Of a DNA stretch of 64,000 nucleotides, positions 1-8,405 are shown one piece after another; the stretch's first letter is position 1, and each line of letters opens with the position of its first letter. The notes beneath the pieces were generated by a model that searched no databases, was not told the origin of the DNA, and saw only the letters and a program-made list of their open reading frames with translations. The stretch spans positions 2,884-66,883 of the forward strand of contig JARIGO010000017.1 of the NCBI GenBank assembly GCA_029288805.1. The letters are read 5' to 3'. The stretch comes from Candidatus Nomurabacteria bacterium (GTDB taxonomy: Bacteria > Patescibacteriota > Minisyncoccia > Phycocordibacterales > UBA9973). A program made the translations under genes and the position numbers.

Positions 1-792
1 TAAGCGAGAACTCGCTGCTTGTTGCAGTGTCGAAGTAGTGAATGGTGCACGAGGAGAACGCTTTTGCTCTGTCTCCTTAATATCTTTCACCAGCCAGTCT
101 TCCTTGTTACCAACTGCAAGAATACGGTCGACTTCCTTACGATCTCGTGGCTCTTCAACACAGGTCAAAGTAATTTTTGCCTTACCTTTTGTTTGAACGT
201 TCGCTTGTAGTACCCAGTAGTCTTCAGGAATGAATGCGCGGATTTCACGTTCGCGCTCTACTAATATGCGAAGTGCGGGAGACTGTACGCGGCCCGCTGA
301 AAGGCCATAGCGAACCTTTTGCCAGATAATGCCTGAAAGGTCGTACCCCACGAGACGGTCCAAAACACGACGTGCTTCTTGGGCCTGACGCAAATCAGTA
401 TCAATAGTGCGAGGATGCTTCAATGCTTCAGTGATGGCGTCCTTGGTAATTTCATTAAAGGTAACGCGCTTGATGGGAGCTTTGACTTTTTTGTCTTCAC
501 GCAAGAGTTCCTCGATGTGCCATGCAATAGCTTCTCCTTCACGGTCCGGATCGGGTGCCAATACGATTTCCTTGGCTGACTCAGCAAGCTCCTGCAGTTC
601 GTGCACTACTTTTTCCTTACCCTTACTAATCTCGTAATGCGGAATAAAACCACCCTCGATGTCGATGGCTTTCTTGTTTGATTTTGGCAGGTCACGTACG
701 TGTCCTACGGAAGCGCGAACGGTGTATTCACCATCCAAATATTTTTCAATTGTCTTTGCCTTTGAAGGTGACTCAACGATTAATAATTTCAT
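1..792 (-). CDS. topA: DNA topoisomerase I, N-terminal portion; the gene continues past the window start, so the C-terminus is missing
   Basis: The minus-strand ATG at 792-790 translates as MKLLIVESPSKAKTIEKYLDGEYTVRASVGHVRDLP, a Toprim N-terminus typical of TopA. The frame stays open to position 1. Confidence 0.85.
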   Translation of the reverse strand, partial: MKLLIVESPSKAKTIEKYLDGEYTVRASVGHVRDLPKSNKKAIDIEGGFIPHYEISKGKEKVVHELQELAESAKEIVLAPDPDREGEAIAWHIEELLREDKKVKAPIKRVTFNEITKDAITEALKHPRTIDTDLRQAQEARRVLDRLVGYDLSGIIWQKVRYGLSAGRVQSPALRILVEREREIRAFIPEDYWVLQANVQTKGKAKITLTCVEEPRDRKEVDRILAVGNKEDWLVKDIKETEQKRSPRAPFTTSTLQQAASSRL

Positions 793-842
793 ATAAGTGT
801 CTGCAGTAGTACCATGCCCAAAATCTTTTGGCAAATATTTGT

Positions 843-1739
843 CTATATAATGCGTTCGATCAAACCGTACGTTTCTTGAATGACGCCTTTTATTTCTAAT
901 GTGGAAAAGGCAATACTTGCAGTGACGGTATCAAGTGACAGCTTCTCTATAATAGTCTCTTTGGATTGAGGGCTGGTAAGCAGCTCTATGATCTTTTGTT
1001 CGGTTTCATTTAATACTATAGAGATAGGGAATGGCAGTTTTCCTTTTTCTTGAAAACCCAACTCTTTCAGTATGTCATCACTGTCAGTAATAGGGATGGC
1101 ACCAAGTTTCAACAGCCAGTTTGCCCCGACAGAAGTGGACGATGTAATAAGCCCCGGAACAGCACCAACACTTTTATTATATTCAGTTGCCAGTCGTGCG
1201 GTGATCAGGGTGCCAGACTTTTCTTCCGCTTCAATGATAAGTGTCATGCTTGCAATACCGGCTTCCAGTCGGTTGCGTTGCGGAAAAGTCCACGGCGCCC
1301 CGATAATATTGTTATCAAATTCACTCAGTAATAATCCACCGGCTTTCAATATGCGTTTAGCGAGGTTTTTATTTATGGAAGGATAGAGAACATTCCAATT
1401 CAATCCTGATCCTGGAAATGCCACTGTATTTAATCCTGCATCAAGTGCAGCTTGGTGTGCAATGCTATCAATGCCAATAGCTAGACCAGAAACAATGGTA
1501 ATAGGATATCCCGCAAGTCCTTTAATAAGTGTCTCGCAGACTTGCTTGCCGTAGGGAGAATATTTTCGAGAGCCGACCACTGCCAGAAACGTTGTGCCGA
1601 TACATCGCTCAAGACTGCCTCGCATGAAAAGGCGTTTTGGAGGTTGCGGTATTTCTCGGAGTTGCGGGAAGTAGCGTTCGGGGACAATTGTTTCGATGGG
1701 AAATTCCTCCATGAACCAATTATGCATTCCTACACTCAA
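843..1739 (-). CDS. dprA: DNA processing protein DprA (Smf)
   Basis: The ORF carries the DprA Rossmann-domain motifs GSRKYSPYG and IVSGLAIGIDSIAHQAALDAG. The first codon of the ORF is TTG; ATG alternatives lie at 1727 and 1712. The gene is adjacent to topA, which is a conserved synteny. Confidence 0.85.
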   Translation of the reverse strand: MSVGMHNWFMEEFPIETIVPERYFPQLREIPQPPKRLFMRGSLERCIGTTFLAVVGSRKYSPYGKQVCETLIKGLAGYPITIVSGLAIGIDSIAHQAALDAGLNTVAFPGSGLNWNVLYPSINKNLAKRILKAGGLLLSEFDNNIIGAPWTFPQRNRLEAGIASMTLIIEAEEKSGTLITARLATEYNKSVGAVPGLITSSTSVGANWLLKLGAIPITDSDDILKELGFQEKGKLPFPISIVLNETEQKIIELLTSPQSKETIIEKLSLDTVTASIAFSTLEIKGVIQETYGLIERII

Positions 1740-1782
1740 GATTCTTTTAAGAAAAGCTAAAATACGCTATAGTAGAGCTACT

Positions 1783-3048
1783 ATGCTCGATATTAAGTTT
1801 ATTAAGGAAAACCCGGATATTATTAAGGAAGCGGTTCGCAAAAAGCATTTGTCATTTAATGTTGATGAGCTACTCTCTGTTGAGGAAAAAAGAAAGGCAA
1901 CACTGACTGCATTTGAAACGCTTCGTGCGGAACAAAATACCTTGTCTGACAAAATTCCTCAGACAGCCGATGCTGCTGAACGAGCAAAGCTTATTGAAGA
2001 TCTCAAGCCGTTGAAGGAAAAAGTTCAAGAAGCGGAAGAGCAGGTTAAGGCTGTAATGAAAGAATGGCAAACACTGATGCTACAAGTGCCAAACGTGCCT
2101 GACATGTCCGTACCGGAAGGTGGCAGTGATGAGGAAAACGTTGAAGTAAAACTTATCGGCGAACGACCAGTATTTGATTTTACACCAAAAGACCATATTA
2201 CACTGATGGAACAGAACGACATGGTTGATTTTGAGCGTGGCACAAAGGTTGCCGGCTTCCGTGGATACTATCTAAAGAACGACGGCGTGTTGTTGGAAAT
2301 GGCATTGTGGAATTATTTTATGAGTACGCTCGTGAAGAAAGGATATCAGCCATTTCATGTGCCTTCATTGGTTACAAAAAATACATTGTACGGTACAGGA
2401 TACTTGCCACAAGGTGAGGAAGACTTGTACAAGACTCAGGATGATACCTATCTTTCAGGGACGGGTGAGGTTGCTATGATGTCATACCACTCTGATGAAG
2501 TATTGAACGCTTCTGATTTGCCAAAGAAATATATCGCAATGTCTCCATGTTTTCGTCGTGAAGCGGGAAGTCATGGTAAGGATGTGAAAGGATTGATTCG
2601 TGTACATGAATTCTTTAAGTTGGAACAGGTTATTTTGTGTGAGGCTAATCATCAAGTCAGCGTAGATTTTCACGAAGAGCTTACTGCAAACGTGGAAGAA
2701 ATTTTGCAATCAATGGGGTTGCATTATCACGTTGTAGTGAACTGCGGCGGAGACCTTGGGCTTGGTCAGGTTAAGAAATATGACATCGAAGTCTGGATGC
2801 CAACACAGGAAAAATTCCGTGAGACTCACTCATCTTCATACTTCCATGATTTTCAAACACGTCGTTTGAATATTCGATACAAGGATGCTGAAGGAAAGAT
2901 GCAATATGCTCACTCACTAAATAACACGCTCGTTGCCACACCTCGTATCTTGGCATGTATTATTGAAAATTTTCAGGAAGCAGATGGACGTATTCGTGTA
3001 CCGGATGTGCTAAAGCCATATATTGGTAAAGACTATCTAGGAAAATAG
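1783..3048 (+). CDS. serS: seryl-tRNA synthetase
   Basis: The N-terminus reads MLDIKFIKENPDIIKEAVRKKHL and is followed by a coiled coil. Class II aaRS motifs FRGYYLKNDGVLLEMAL and PCFRREAGSHGKDVKGLIRVHEF are present. The upstream part of the 1696 ORF is probably not translated. Confidence 0.9.
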   Translation: MLDIKFIKENPDIIKEAVRKKHLSFNVDELLSVEEKRKATLTAFETLRAEQNTLSDKIPQTADAAERAKLIEDLKPLKEKVQEAEEQVKAVMKEWQTLMLQVPNVPDMSVPEGGSDEENVEVKLIGERPVFDFTPKDHITLMEQNDMVDFERGTKVAGFRGYYLKNDGVLLEMALWNYFMSTLVKKGYQPFHVPSLVTKNTLYGTGYLPQGEEDLYKTQDDTYLSGTGEVAMMSYHSDEVLNASDLPKKYIAMSPCFRREAGSHGKDVKGLIRVHEFFKLEQVILCEANHQVSVDFHEELTANVEEILQSMGLHYHVVVNCGGDLGLGQVKKYDIEVWMPTQEKFRETHSSSYFHDFQTRRLNIRYKDAEGKMQYAHSLNNTLVATPRILACIIENFQEADGRIRVPDVLKPYIGKDYLGK

Positions 3049-3049
3049 T

Positions 3050-3883
3050 ATGTACGAACGCACGTATCACAAAACGGTTTTGAAGCGTGAAGATGACGAA
3101 CCGCAAAAAGAACCTACGCGTATTGATTGGAAAAGGATTCTTTGGATATTCGTAGCGATCGTCATAATCGTTGAGACTGTGATACTGATACGATTGCCAA
3201 AGGTGCAGGTTACCCATATCGTGGTGGTAGGAGCTCATGTTGCTGACCCAGGAGACATTACGGAATTTGTAAATCAAGAGTTGCAGGGCAAAGATTTGTT
3301 TATCCTACCGAAGACCAGTATTTTCCTGGTGCCGGAACACAAACTCGAAAAGGATTTGAAACAAAACTTTTCACGATTGCAAACTGTCGATGTCAGCCGC
3401 AAAAATTTCTCCACTATCGTAGTGACTGTCACTGAATATCAGGGGGTATATCTGTGGTGCGCTGATGCGCAAAATTGTGACTTCATGGATCAGAATGGCG
3501 TGGCATTTGCGCCGGCACCGTATTTCTCAGGAGATGCGTATCCGAAAATTTTTAATGGTATTGGAACAACAGTGCCATTTCAGGCAGTGGATGCTGACAA
3601 GCTTCACACTATTACTACTGCCCTGGATAAACTTCCTGTTATCGGTATTAATCCTGAGGAATTTCATTTTGTCACTGATCACGAACTTGATGTTACGTTT
3701 AACCATTATGGACAGCAGGCAACATTGCTATTTGATCCTACTACCAATACCGATGATGCTTTGAATGCGCTCTATACCGGTCTTCGTACCAATCCATTGG
3801 CTACAAAGTTCCGAACGCCGACTGATGTATTGCAATACATTGACCTTCGTTTTTCTGACAGAGTGGTGTATAAGTTTCAGTAA
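3050..3883 (+). CDS. FtsQ/DivIB-like cell division protein (N-terminal TM helix plus POTRA-type domain)
   Basis: The protein has one TM helix (ILWIFVAIVIIVETVILI) followed by a segment resembling the FtsQ POTRA domain (VTHIVVVGAHVADPGDITEFVNQEL ... TIVVTVTEYQGVYLW). It sits away from the dcw cluster. Confidence 0.55.
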   Translation: MYERTYHKTVLKREDDEPQKEPTRIDWKRILWIFVAIVIIVETVILIRLPKVQVTHIVVVGAHVADPGDITEFVNQELQGKDLFILPKTSIFLVPEHKLEKDLKQNFSRLQTVDVSRKNFSTIVVTVTEYQGVYLWCADAQNCDFMDQNGVAFAPAPYFSGDAYPKIFNGIGTTVPFQAVDADKLHTITTALDKLPVIGINPEEFHFVTDHELDVTFNHYGQQATLLFDPTTNTDDALNALYTGLRTNPLATKFRTPTDVLQYIDLRFSDRVVYKFQ

Positions 3884-3884
3884 T

Positions 3885-4946
3885 ATGAATTTTTGGGACC
3901 AATTGCGACAAAATAAAAAGCCATTCTTTGTGGTGGCTCCAATGGCCGACGTTACTGACCCGGCCTTTCGTCGCTTGATTGCACGGTACGGTAAACCCGA
4001 TGTCATGTGGACTGAATTTGTATCTGCAAATGGTTTGGTAAGTGGTGGGCGAAAAATCCTGGAACGAGACTTGGAGTATGCAGAAATGGAACGACCGATT
4101 GTGGCGCAGCTTTTTTCCGCTGATCCGGACAATGTGGAAAAAGCTGCACGACTCTGTGCCGAGCTGGGGTTTGATGGCATTGATATCAATATGGGTTGTC
4201 CTGACAAGACTATTGAAAAGCAGGGAGCAGGAGCAGGTATGATTAAGACACCAGACGTAGCTGTAGCGATTATTGCTGCAGCCAAACGCGGAGCAGGAAC
4301 ACTGCCCTTATCTGTAAAAACCCGGGTAGGATATAACGCGGTAGAAATTGATACATGGATTCCATTGCTGTTGCAACAGGACATTGCCGCACTGACTGTG
4401 CATGCTCGTACTCGTAAGGATTTATCAAAGGTTCCGGCACGATGGGAGTATCTGAAAGAAGTGGTGGCATTGCGTGACAAGTTTGCTCCGCAGACGTTGA
4501 TCATTGGTAATGGGGATGTAACGAGCCTTGCCGACGGCAAGGCTCGTGCAGCTGCCAGCGGCGTAGACGGCGTCATGGTTGGTCGCGCACTTTTCGGTAA
4601 CCCATGGTTCTTTGATGAGTCTCGCGCCATGACTGCGACATTGCCGCAAAAATCCATCTTTCAGAAACTGCCATACATTGGGAAATATTTTCAAACAAAA
4701 CGCTCAGCTGCCCAGTCTGCTACTAAGCCTATTACCGTTGAAGAACGATTGAAGGTCATGGTTGAGCACACAAAACTTTTTGAGGAATTGCTTGGAGACA
4801 TCAAGAGTTTTTCCATTATGAAAAAGCACTACAAGGCATATTGCACCGGTTTTCCTGGGGCAAAGGAATTGCGAATGGAATTGATGGAAAAGGCACGTAA
4901 CAGCAACGATGTCGACTTACTGGTTCAAAATTTTCTGTTACAATAG
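3885..4946 (+). CDS. dus: tRNA-dihydrouridine synthase
   Basis: The ATG at 3885 gives MNFWDQLRQNKKPFFVVAPMADVTDPAFRRLIARYG, and the sequence continues with NMGCPDKTIEKQGAGAGM and a TIM-barrel Dus signature. The 3765 ORF start is probably too early. Confidence 0.85.
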   Translation: MNFWDQLRQNKKPFFVVAPMADVTDPAFRRLIARYGKPDVMWTEFVSANGLVSGGRKILERDLEYAEMERPIVAQLFSADPDNVEKAARLCAELGFDGIDINMGCPDKTIEKQGAGAGMIKTPDVAVAIIAAAKRGAGTLPLSVKTRVGYNAVEIDTWIPLLLQQDIAALTVHARTRKDLSKVPARWEYLKEVVALRDKFAPQTLIIGNGDVTSLADGKARAAASGVDGVMVGRALFGNPWFFDESRAMTATLPQKSIFQKLPYIGKYFQTKRSAAQSATKPITVEERLKVMVEHTKLFEELLGDIKSFSIMKKHYKAYCTGFPGAKELRMELMEKARNSNDVDLLVQNFLLQ

Positions 4947-4950
4947 AGCC

Positions 4951-5988
4951 ATGCATGACCAAGTACTGTATCGTAAATATCGCCCGAATACCTGGGAAGA
5001 AGTAGTAGGGCAGGAACACATTGTTTCTGTACTGTCACAATCTATCGCAAGCGGCACCTTCTCTCACGCGTATCTTTTTACCGGCAGCCGCGGTACTGGT
5101 AAGACATCCGTTGCTCGTATTTTTGCCAAAGCATTGGGAACAAATCCTGAAGACATTACCGAGATTGATGCTGCGTCCAATCGCGGTATTGATGACATTC
5201 GTGCTCTTCGTGAGGCAGTACGTGTTCTGCCGTTTTCTTCACCGTACAAGGTGTACATTATTGATGAAGTGCACATGCTTTCTCGCGATGCCTTTAATGC
5301 GTTGCTCAAGACATTGGAAGAACCGCCAGCTCACTGTATTTTCATATTGGCAACAACAGAACTTGATAAGGTGCCAGACACTATTTTGTCTCGCTGTCAG
5401 GTCTTCTCATTTCGTAAGCCGACAGAACGAACATTGGTGAAGGAAGTGGAACGCATTGCAGCGAGCGAACATGTGGAGATTGATAGTGACAGCTCATCAC
5501 TGATCGCATTTCTTGGTGACGGTTCATTTCGCGATACGCTCAGTATCATGCAGAAAGTCTTTTCTGCTACAAAAGGAAGAACCATTACTCGTGAGCTCAC
5601 TGAGTCCGTAACCGGCGCACCGTCACTGACTGTCATTCATGAACTCTATACTGCATTGATAGAAAAAAACATTGACGCACTGTATATGACATTGGCACGA
5701 GCGGAACAGCATCACACTGACATGATGCTCTTGGCGCAACTCCTGCTTGATACTATGCGCTTGTCATTGAAGTATCGCTACTCACCAAGCAGTCGCGAGG
5801 AAATCGAAGCTGATCATTCTGAACAATATACCGAAGTCATCAAGCGGGGAGCGGTAGAAAGCACTGATGCTATTTCTTCTCGCGGCATCATTGCCATGAT
5901 CACGGCCATTGAGCGCATTGCTTATGCCTCTATCCCAACGTTGCCGCTAGAGCTCGCATTCATCGAAATGGTTGGAGCAGAACAATAG
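4951..5988 (+). CDS. dnaX: DNA polymerase III subunit gamma/tau (short form)
   Basis: The protein reads MHDQVLYRKYRPNTWEEVVGQEHIV, has a Walker A GSRGTGKTS, a DEVHML box and an SRC motif (ILSRCQVF). At about 345 aa it is a short DnaX. Confidence 0.85.
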   Translation: MHDQVLYRKYRPNTWEEVVGQEHIVSVLSQSIASGTFSHAYLFTGSRGTGKTSVARIFAKALGTNPEDITEIDAASNRGIDDIRALREAVRVLPFSSPYKVYIIDEVHMLSRDAFNALLKTLEEPPAHCIFILATTELDKVPDTILSRCQVFSFRKPTERTLVKEVERIAASEHVEIDSDSSSLIAFLGDGSFRDTLSIMQKVFSATKGRTITRELTESVTGAPSLTVIHELYTALIEKNIDALYMTLARAEQHHTDMMLLAQLLLDTMRLSLKYRYSPSSREEIEADHSEQYTEVIKRGAVESTDAISSRGIIAMITAIERIAYASIPTLPLELAFIEMVGAEQ

Positions 5989-6005
5989 CCGTAGACAATA
6001 TAAAA

Positions 6006-6035
6006 GACGATCGCTATGCGATCGTCTCAACGTTT
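6006..6035 (+). terminator. hairpin after dnaX (9-bp stem GACGATCGC/GCGATCGTC) with a weak U-tract
   Basis: A perfect inverted repeat at 6006-6026 is followed by tcaacgttt. Confidence 0.45.
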
Positions 6036-6274
6036 GTCCTATGGTGACTTTTTGTTGTCACATTTCTTTTCATGACATAAAACCTTCTTTTGGCCCTAAG
6101 GTATTTGTAGATACCGCGAGGCAAGCTGACGGGGATTGAGATTATCATCAATGAAAATCTCAGAAAGTTCTTAAGATATTTCATTTTGACGATTTTTCTT
6201 ACTATAGCATTGCCGAACCATGCGTCAATATGGTATAAAAGTTCCACTACAGCAATGTGCTGTCTAGATAATAT

Positions 6275-6345
6275 TGCGGGTTCGTCTAATGGTAGGACTA
6301 CGGTTTTTGGTGCCGTCTATTGGGGTTCGAGTCCCTGACCCGCAG
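6275..6345 (+). tRNA. tRNA-Gln (anticodon TTG)
   Basis: The cloverleaf was folded by hand. The acceptor is TGCGGGT/ACCCGCA with U1:A72 as in bacterial tRNA-Gln. The D-stem is GTCT/GGAC. The anticodon stem ACGGT/GCCGT carries loop TTTTGGT, so anticodon UUG. The T-arm is TGGGG-TTCGAGT-CCCTG, and CCA is not encoded. Confidence 0.8.
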
Positions 6346-6351
6346 CAAATG

Positions 6352-6385
6352 AAAACGGCCTCTTGTTAAGAGACCGCTTAGGTTT
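6352..6385. terminator. imperfect hairpin (CGGCCTCTT..AAGAGACCG) between the tRNA-Gln 3' end and the 3' end of the minus-strand gene 6391-6726
   Basis: An inverted repeat with one mismatch is flanked by T-rich sequence. It could act as a bidirectional terminator. Confidence 0.35.
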
Positions 6386-6390
6386 TGTAT

Positions 6391-6726
6391 TTATTTTTCC
6401 TCAGTACCTTCATCTTCTTCAATGTCCTTTTCGTAGTCATTAAAGTTAATTTCTTTTCCTTCCTCAAAATCCTTTTTTAGCTTTTCGAGTAAATCTTCAT
6501 GTGAAGTTTTGAATAAAGAGAATACTTGAGAAATAATCAAGAGAAGGGTTGCAGGAGTGGTATATAGATTAACAGACGCTCCCTCAATTAATTGTAGAAT
6601 CGCCATTGCCATAAAAGTTAATACTCCTATTAAACAGAACAATGTCGCAATTTTTATTGGAAGATTTTTCCTGAAGCTTCTTTGCTCGATAATTTCTTTA
6701 AACTGAATGTATTCAAATTTTGTCAT
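6391..6726 (-). CDS. hypothetical small membrane protein with an acidic C-terminal tail
   Basis: The 111-aa ORF has one predicted TM segment (IATLFCLIGVLTFMAMAILQLI) and a C-terminal DIEEDEGTEEK tail. No family was recognised. Confidence 0.5.
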   Translation of the reverse strand: MTKFEYIQFKEIIEQRSFRKNLPIKIATLFCLIGVLTFMAMAILQLIEGASVNLYTTPATLLLIISQVFSLFKTSHEDLLEKLKKDFEEGKEINFNDYEKDIEEDEGTEEK

Positions 6727-6826
6727 GGTGCTTATTGTTTTAATTATGATAACACATTATATTATATTTGTCAATGGAACAGTAAGTGCGGTACAATTAG
6801 CTCATTAGCATTTATATTTTAAATAC

Positions 6827-7237
6827 ATGAATTACGTAGCGATTTTGCTGTGCGCGATAGCATCAATGATTATTGGAGGGATTTGGTACGGTCCGTTGTT
6901 TGGCAAGACACAGCGACAGATGATGGGCGGAGACACGATGACTTCTGAACAGCACGAAGCCATGAAGAAGGCCATGGGCAAGATGTATGCATTACAGTTT
7001 TTGCTGTCACTGATCACTGCAATAGTGTTGGATTACTTCATCATGGGTACTCCGGTCATTGTCGGTGTGGCAGTGTCAGTAATCATCTGGTTTGGTTTTA
7101 TCCTGACAACAATCGGAGGATCTGCGCTCTGGAGCGGTAAGCCAAAAGCATGGGCATGGAAAATGTTTTTCATTTCCAGTGGCGCGCAGCTTATCACGTT
7201 TGTTGTGTACGCATTGATCATTACTGCGTTTAAGTAA
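6827..7237 (+). CDS. hypothetical integral membrane protein (DUF1761-like, 4 TM)
   Basis: The 136-aa ORF consists of hydrophobic helices (ILLCAIASMIIGGIWYGPLFG ... GVAVSVIIWFGFILTTIGG). It is followed by a strong terminator. Confidence 0.55.
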   Translation: MNYVAILLCAIASMIIGGIWYGPLFGKTQRQMMGGDTMTSEQHEAMKKAMGKMYALQFLLSLITAIVLDYFIMGTPVIVGVAVSVIIWFGFILTTIGGSALWSGKPKAWAWKMFFISSGAQLITFVVYALIITAFK

Positions 7238-7256
7238 TACTGCGAGCATAAGAAAA

Positions 7257-7290
7257 GGCGATCACGCAGTGATCGCCTTTTTGTTTTTCC
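7257..7290. terminator. rho-independent terminator hairpin GGCGATCAC-gcag-TGATCGCC with A-run before and T-run after (bidirectional)
   Basis: A perfect 8-9 bp stem at 7257-7277 is followed by tttttgttttt. It overlaps the last codons of the minus-strand gene 7262-7855. Confidence 0.65.
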
Positions 7291-7855
7291 GAAACTTATA
7301 CTCTTTGAATACTTCCCACCGGCCTTGTTGTTCGATCGGTTTTCGATAAATCGCAATTTTCTTCAGGGGGATATTTATCCCTCGCGTTAGCAAGAAACAT
7401 ATTTTTGACCATATGGCGTCAAATACCGCTGAAGTTTTTTCTGCCAACGTAATATGTAGCGTGTTGTCGTTATCAAACGCTCCGTGGAAATACTGTGGAT
7501 GCTGCCGTAACGTCTGTAGTATTCCGATCCATAATTCAGAAACAGTTACCGTACCGTGGGCTGGTATTACGATGAATTCCTTTCCAAAACTATCGATACT
7601 GTTTATACGTATACGAGTTTGTTTGCCCTGAAGGACTATGCTCTGTACGATGTCTTCAATCTCCTCAGGTTCAATGCCTTCAATAGGGCGATGAAATGTT
7701 ATATGAGGAATAAGGTTCTTATACGGAGGTTCGGTTCCCGTATACAGTGCGACAATGTCCATCAGATCCATAATCTGCTTAAGGTACGGCTTAGGAATAG
7801 GAAAGAGTATGAGGTATTTATATTTCATGGTGCGTTGTTTTCCTGACATTACCAT
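7262..7855 (-). CDS. 2H phosphoesterase superfamily protein (LigT / 2'-5' RNA ligase-like)
   Basis: Two H-x-T-x motifs (PHITFHRP and LHITLAEK) are spaced about 80 aa apart. This is the hallmark of the 2H cyclic phosphodiesterase/LigT family. A likelier start is MKYKYL at 7828. Confidence 0.65.
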   Translation of the reverse strand: MVMSGKQRTMKYKYLILFPIPKPYLKQIMDLMDIVALYTGTEPPYKNLIPHITFHRPIEGIEPEEIEDIVQSIVLQGKQTRIRINSIDSFGKEFIVIPAHGTVTVSELWIGILQTLRQHPQYFHGAFDNDNTLHITLAEKTSAVFDAIWSKICFLLTRGINIPLKKIAIYRKPIEQQGRWEVFKEYKFRKNKKAITA

Positions 7856-7891
7856 TAAAAGACCTTATGTCAAATAAGGTATACTACAGAC

Positions 7892-8209
7892 ATGAAGACA
7901 TTCAGTGAGCGAGTAGTCGAGCTGGCATTGATGGTGCCGGAAGGAATGGTGACAACGTATGGGGCCATTGCAAAAGCGGCAGGTGGAGGATCAATGGCGT
8001 CACGGAGCGTGACGGGGATTTTGGGCAAGGCATATATGGCCGGACAAAAGGACATTCCATTTCATCGTATCGTGTATTCCAATGGGACGGTGTGGATCGA
8101 TGCCGCTCATAAGGAGAAGCGTTTAAAGCTTTATAAGAAAGAGGGAATCGAAGTGGATGCCAAGGGCGTGATCAAGGATTTCCGTGACAAGTTATTTGAG
8201 TTTAAATAA
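7892..8209 (+). CDS. MGMT-family / alkyltransferase-like (ATL) DNA-binding protein lacking the catalytic cysteine
   Basis: The ORF has a winged-helix MGMT C-terminal domain (VPEGMVTTYGAIAKAAG ... PFHRIVYSNG). The PCHR active-site Cys is replaced by Phe (PFHR), as in ATL proteins. Confidence 0.75.
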   Translation: MKTFSERVVELALMVPEGMVTTYGAIAKAAGGGSMASRSVTGILGKAYMAGQKDIPFHRIVYSNGTVWIDAAHKEKRLKLYKKEGIEVDAKGVIKDFRDKLFEFK

Positions 8210-8367
8210 AGTTGCAAAGTTTTTTAAAAGGAGTACGCTTTTAGGTAAATCAATACCTAATGTTATGTGGTACCTAATAGTAATACTAATTGTAACTAAT
8301 GGTGTTCTCATTTGTTCTAAGCTTCCTCAAAAGGGACGTCCAAAATATTATCACCAGTAGTCATAAG

Positions 8368-8405
8368 AAAATCGCCCTGTGCAGGATGCAGCGGGCGATT
8401 TTTTC
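8368..8405 (+). promoter_or_regulatory. intrinsic terminator/attenuator hairpin immediately upstream of the Nramp-family CDS (possible riboswitch expression platform)
   Basis: AAAATCGCCC (8368-8377) pairs with GGGCGATTTT (8393-8402), and the hairpin is followed by a T-run ending at 8405. An approximately 190-nt ORF-free leader lies upstream (8210-8367). Confidence 0.45.

Noticed and set aside
1050-1386. Two plus-strand ORFs of 93 and 104 aa inside dprA
   Set aside because: They are antisense to a well-supported DprA reading frame and have low-complexity composition.
3728-4657. 309-aa minus-strand ORF antisense to the dus gene
   Set aside because: The plus-strand frame has unambiguous tRNA-dihydrouridine synthase motifs. 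The antisense ORF is Ala/Ser/Arg-rich shadow translation of moderately GC-rich coding DNA.
6014-6247. 77-aa minus-strand ORF in the dnaX to tRNA-Gln spacer
   Set aside because: It has no RBS or terminator context. The region more plausibly carries the tRNA-Gln promoter, with TTGCCG and TATAAA-like elements near 6211-6235.
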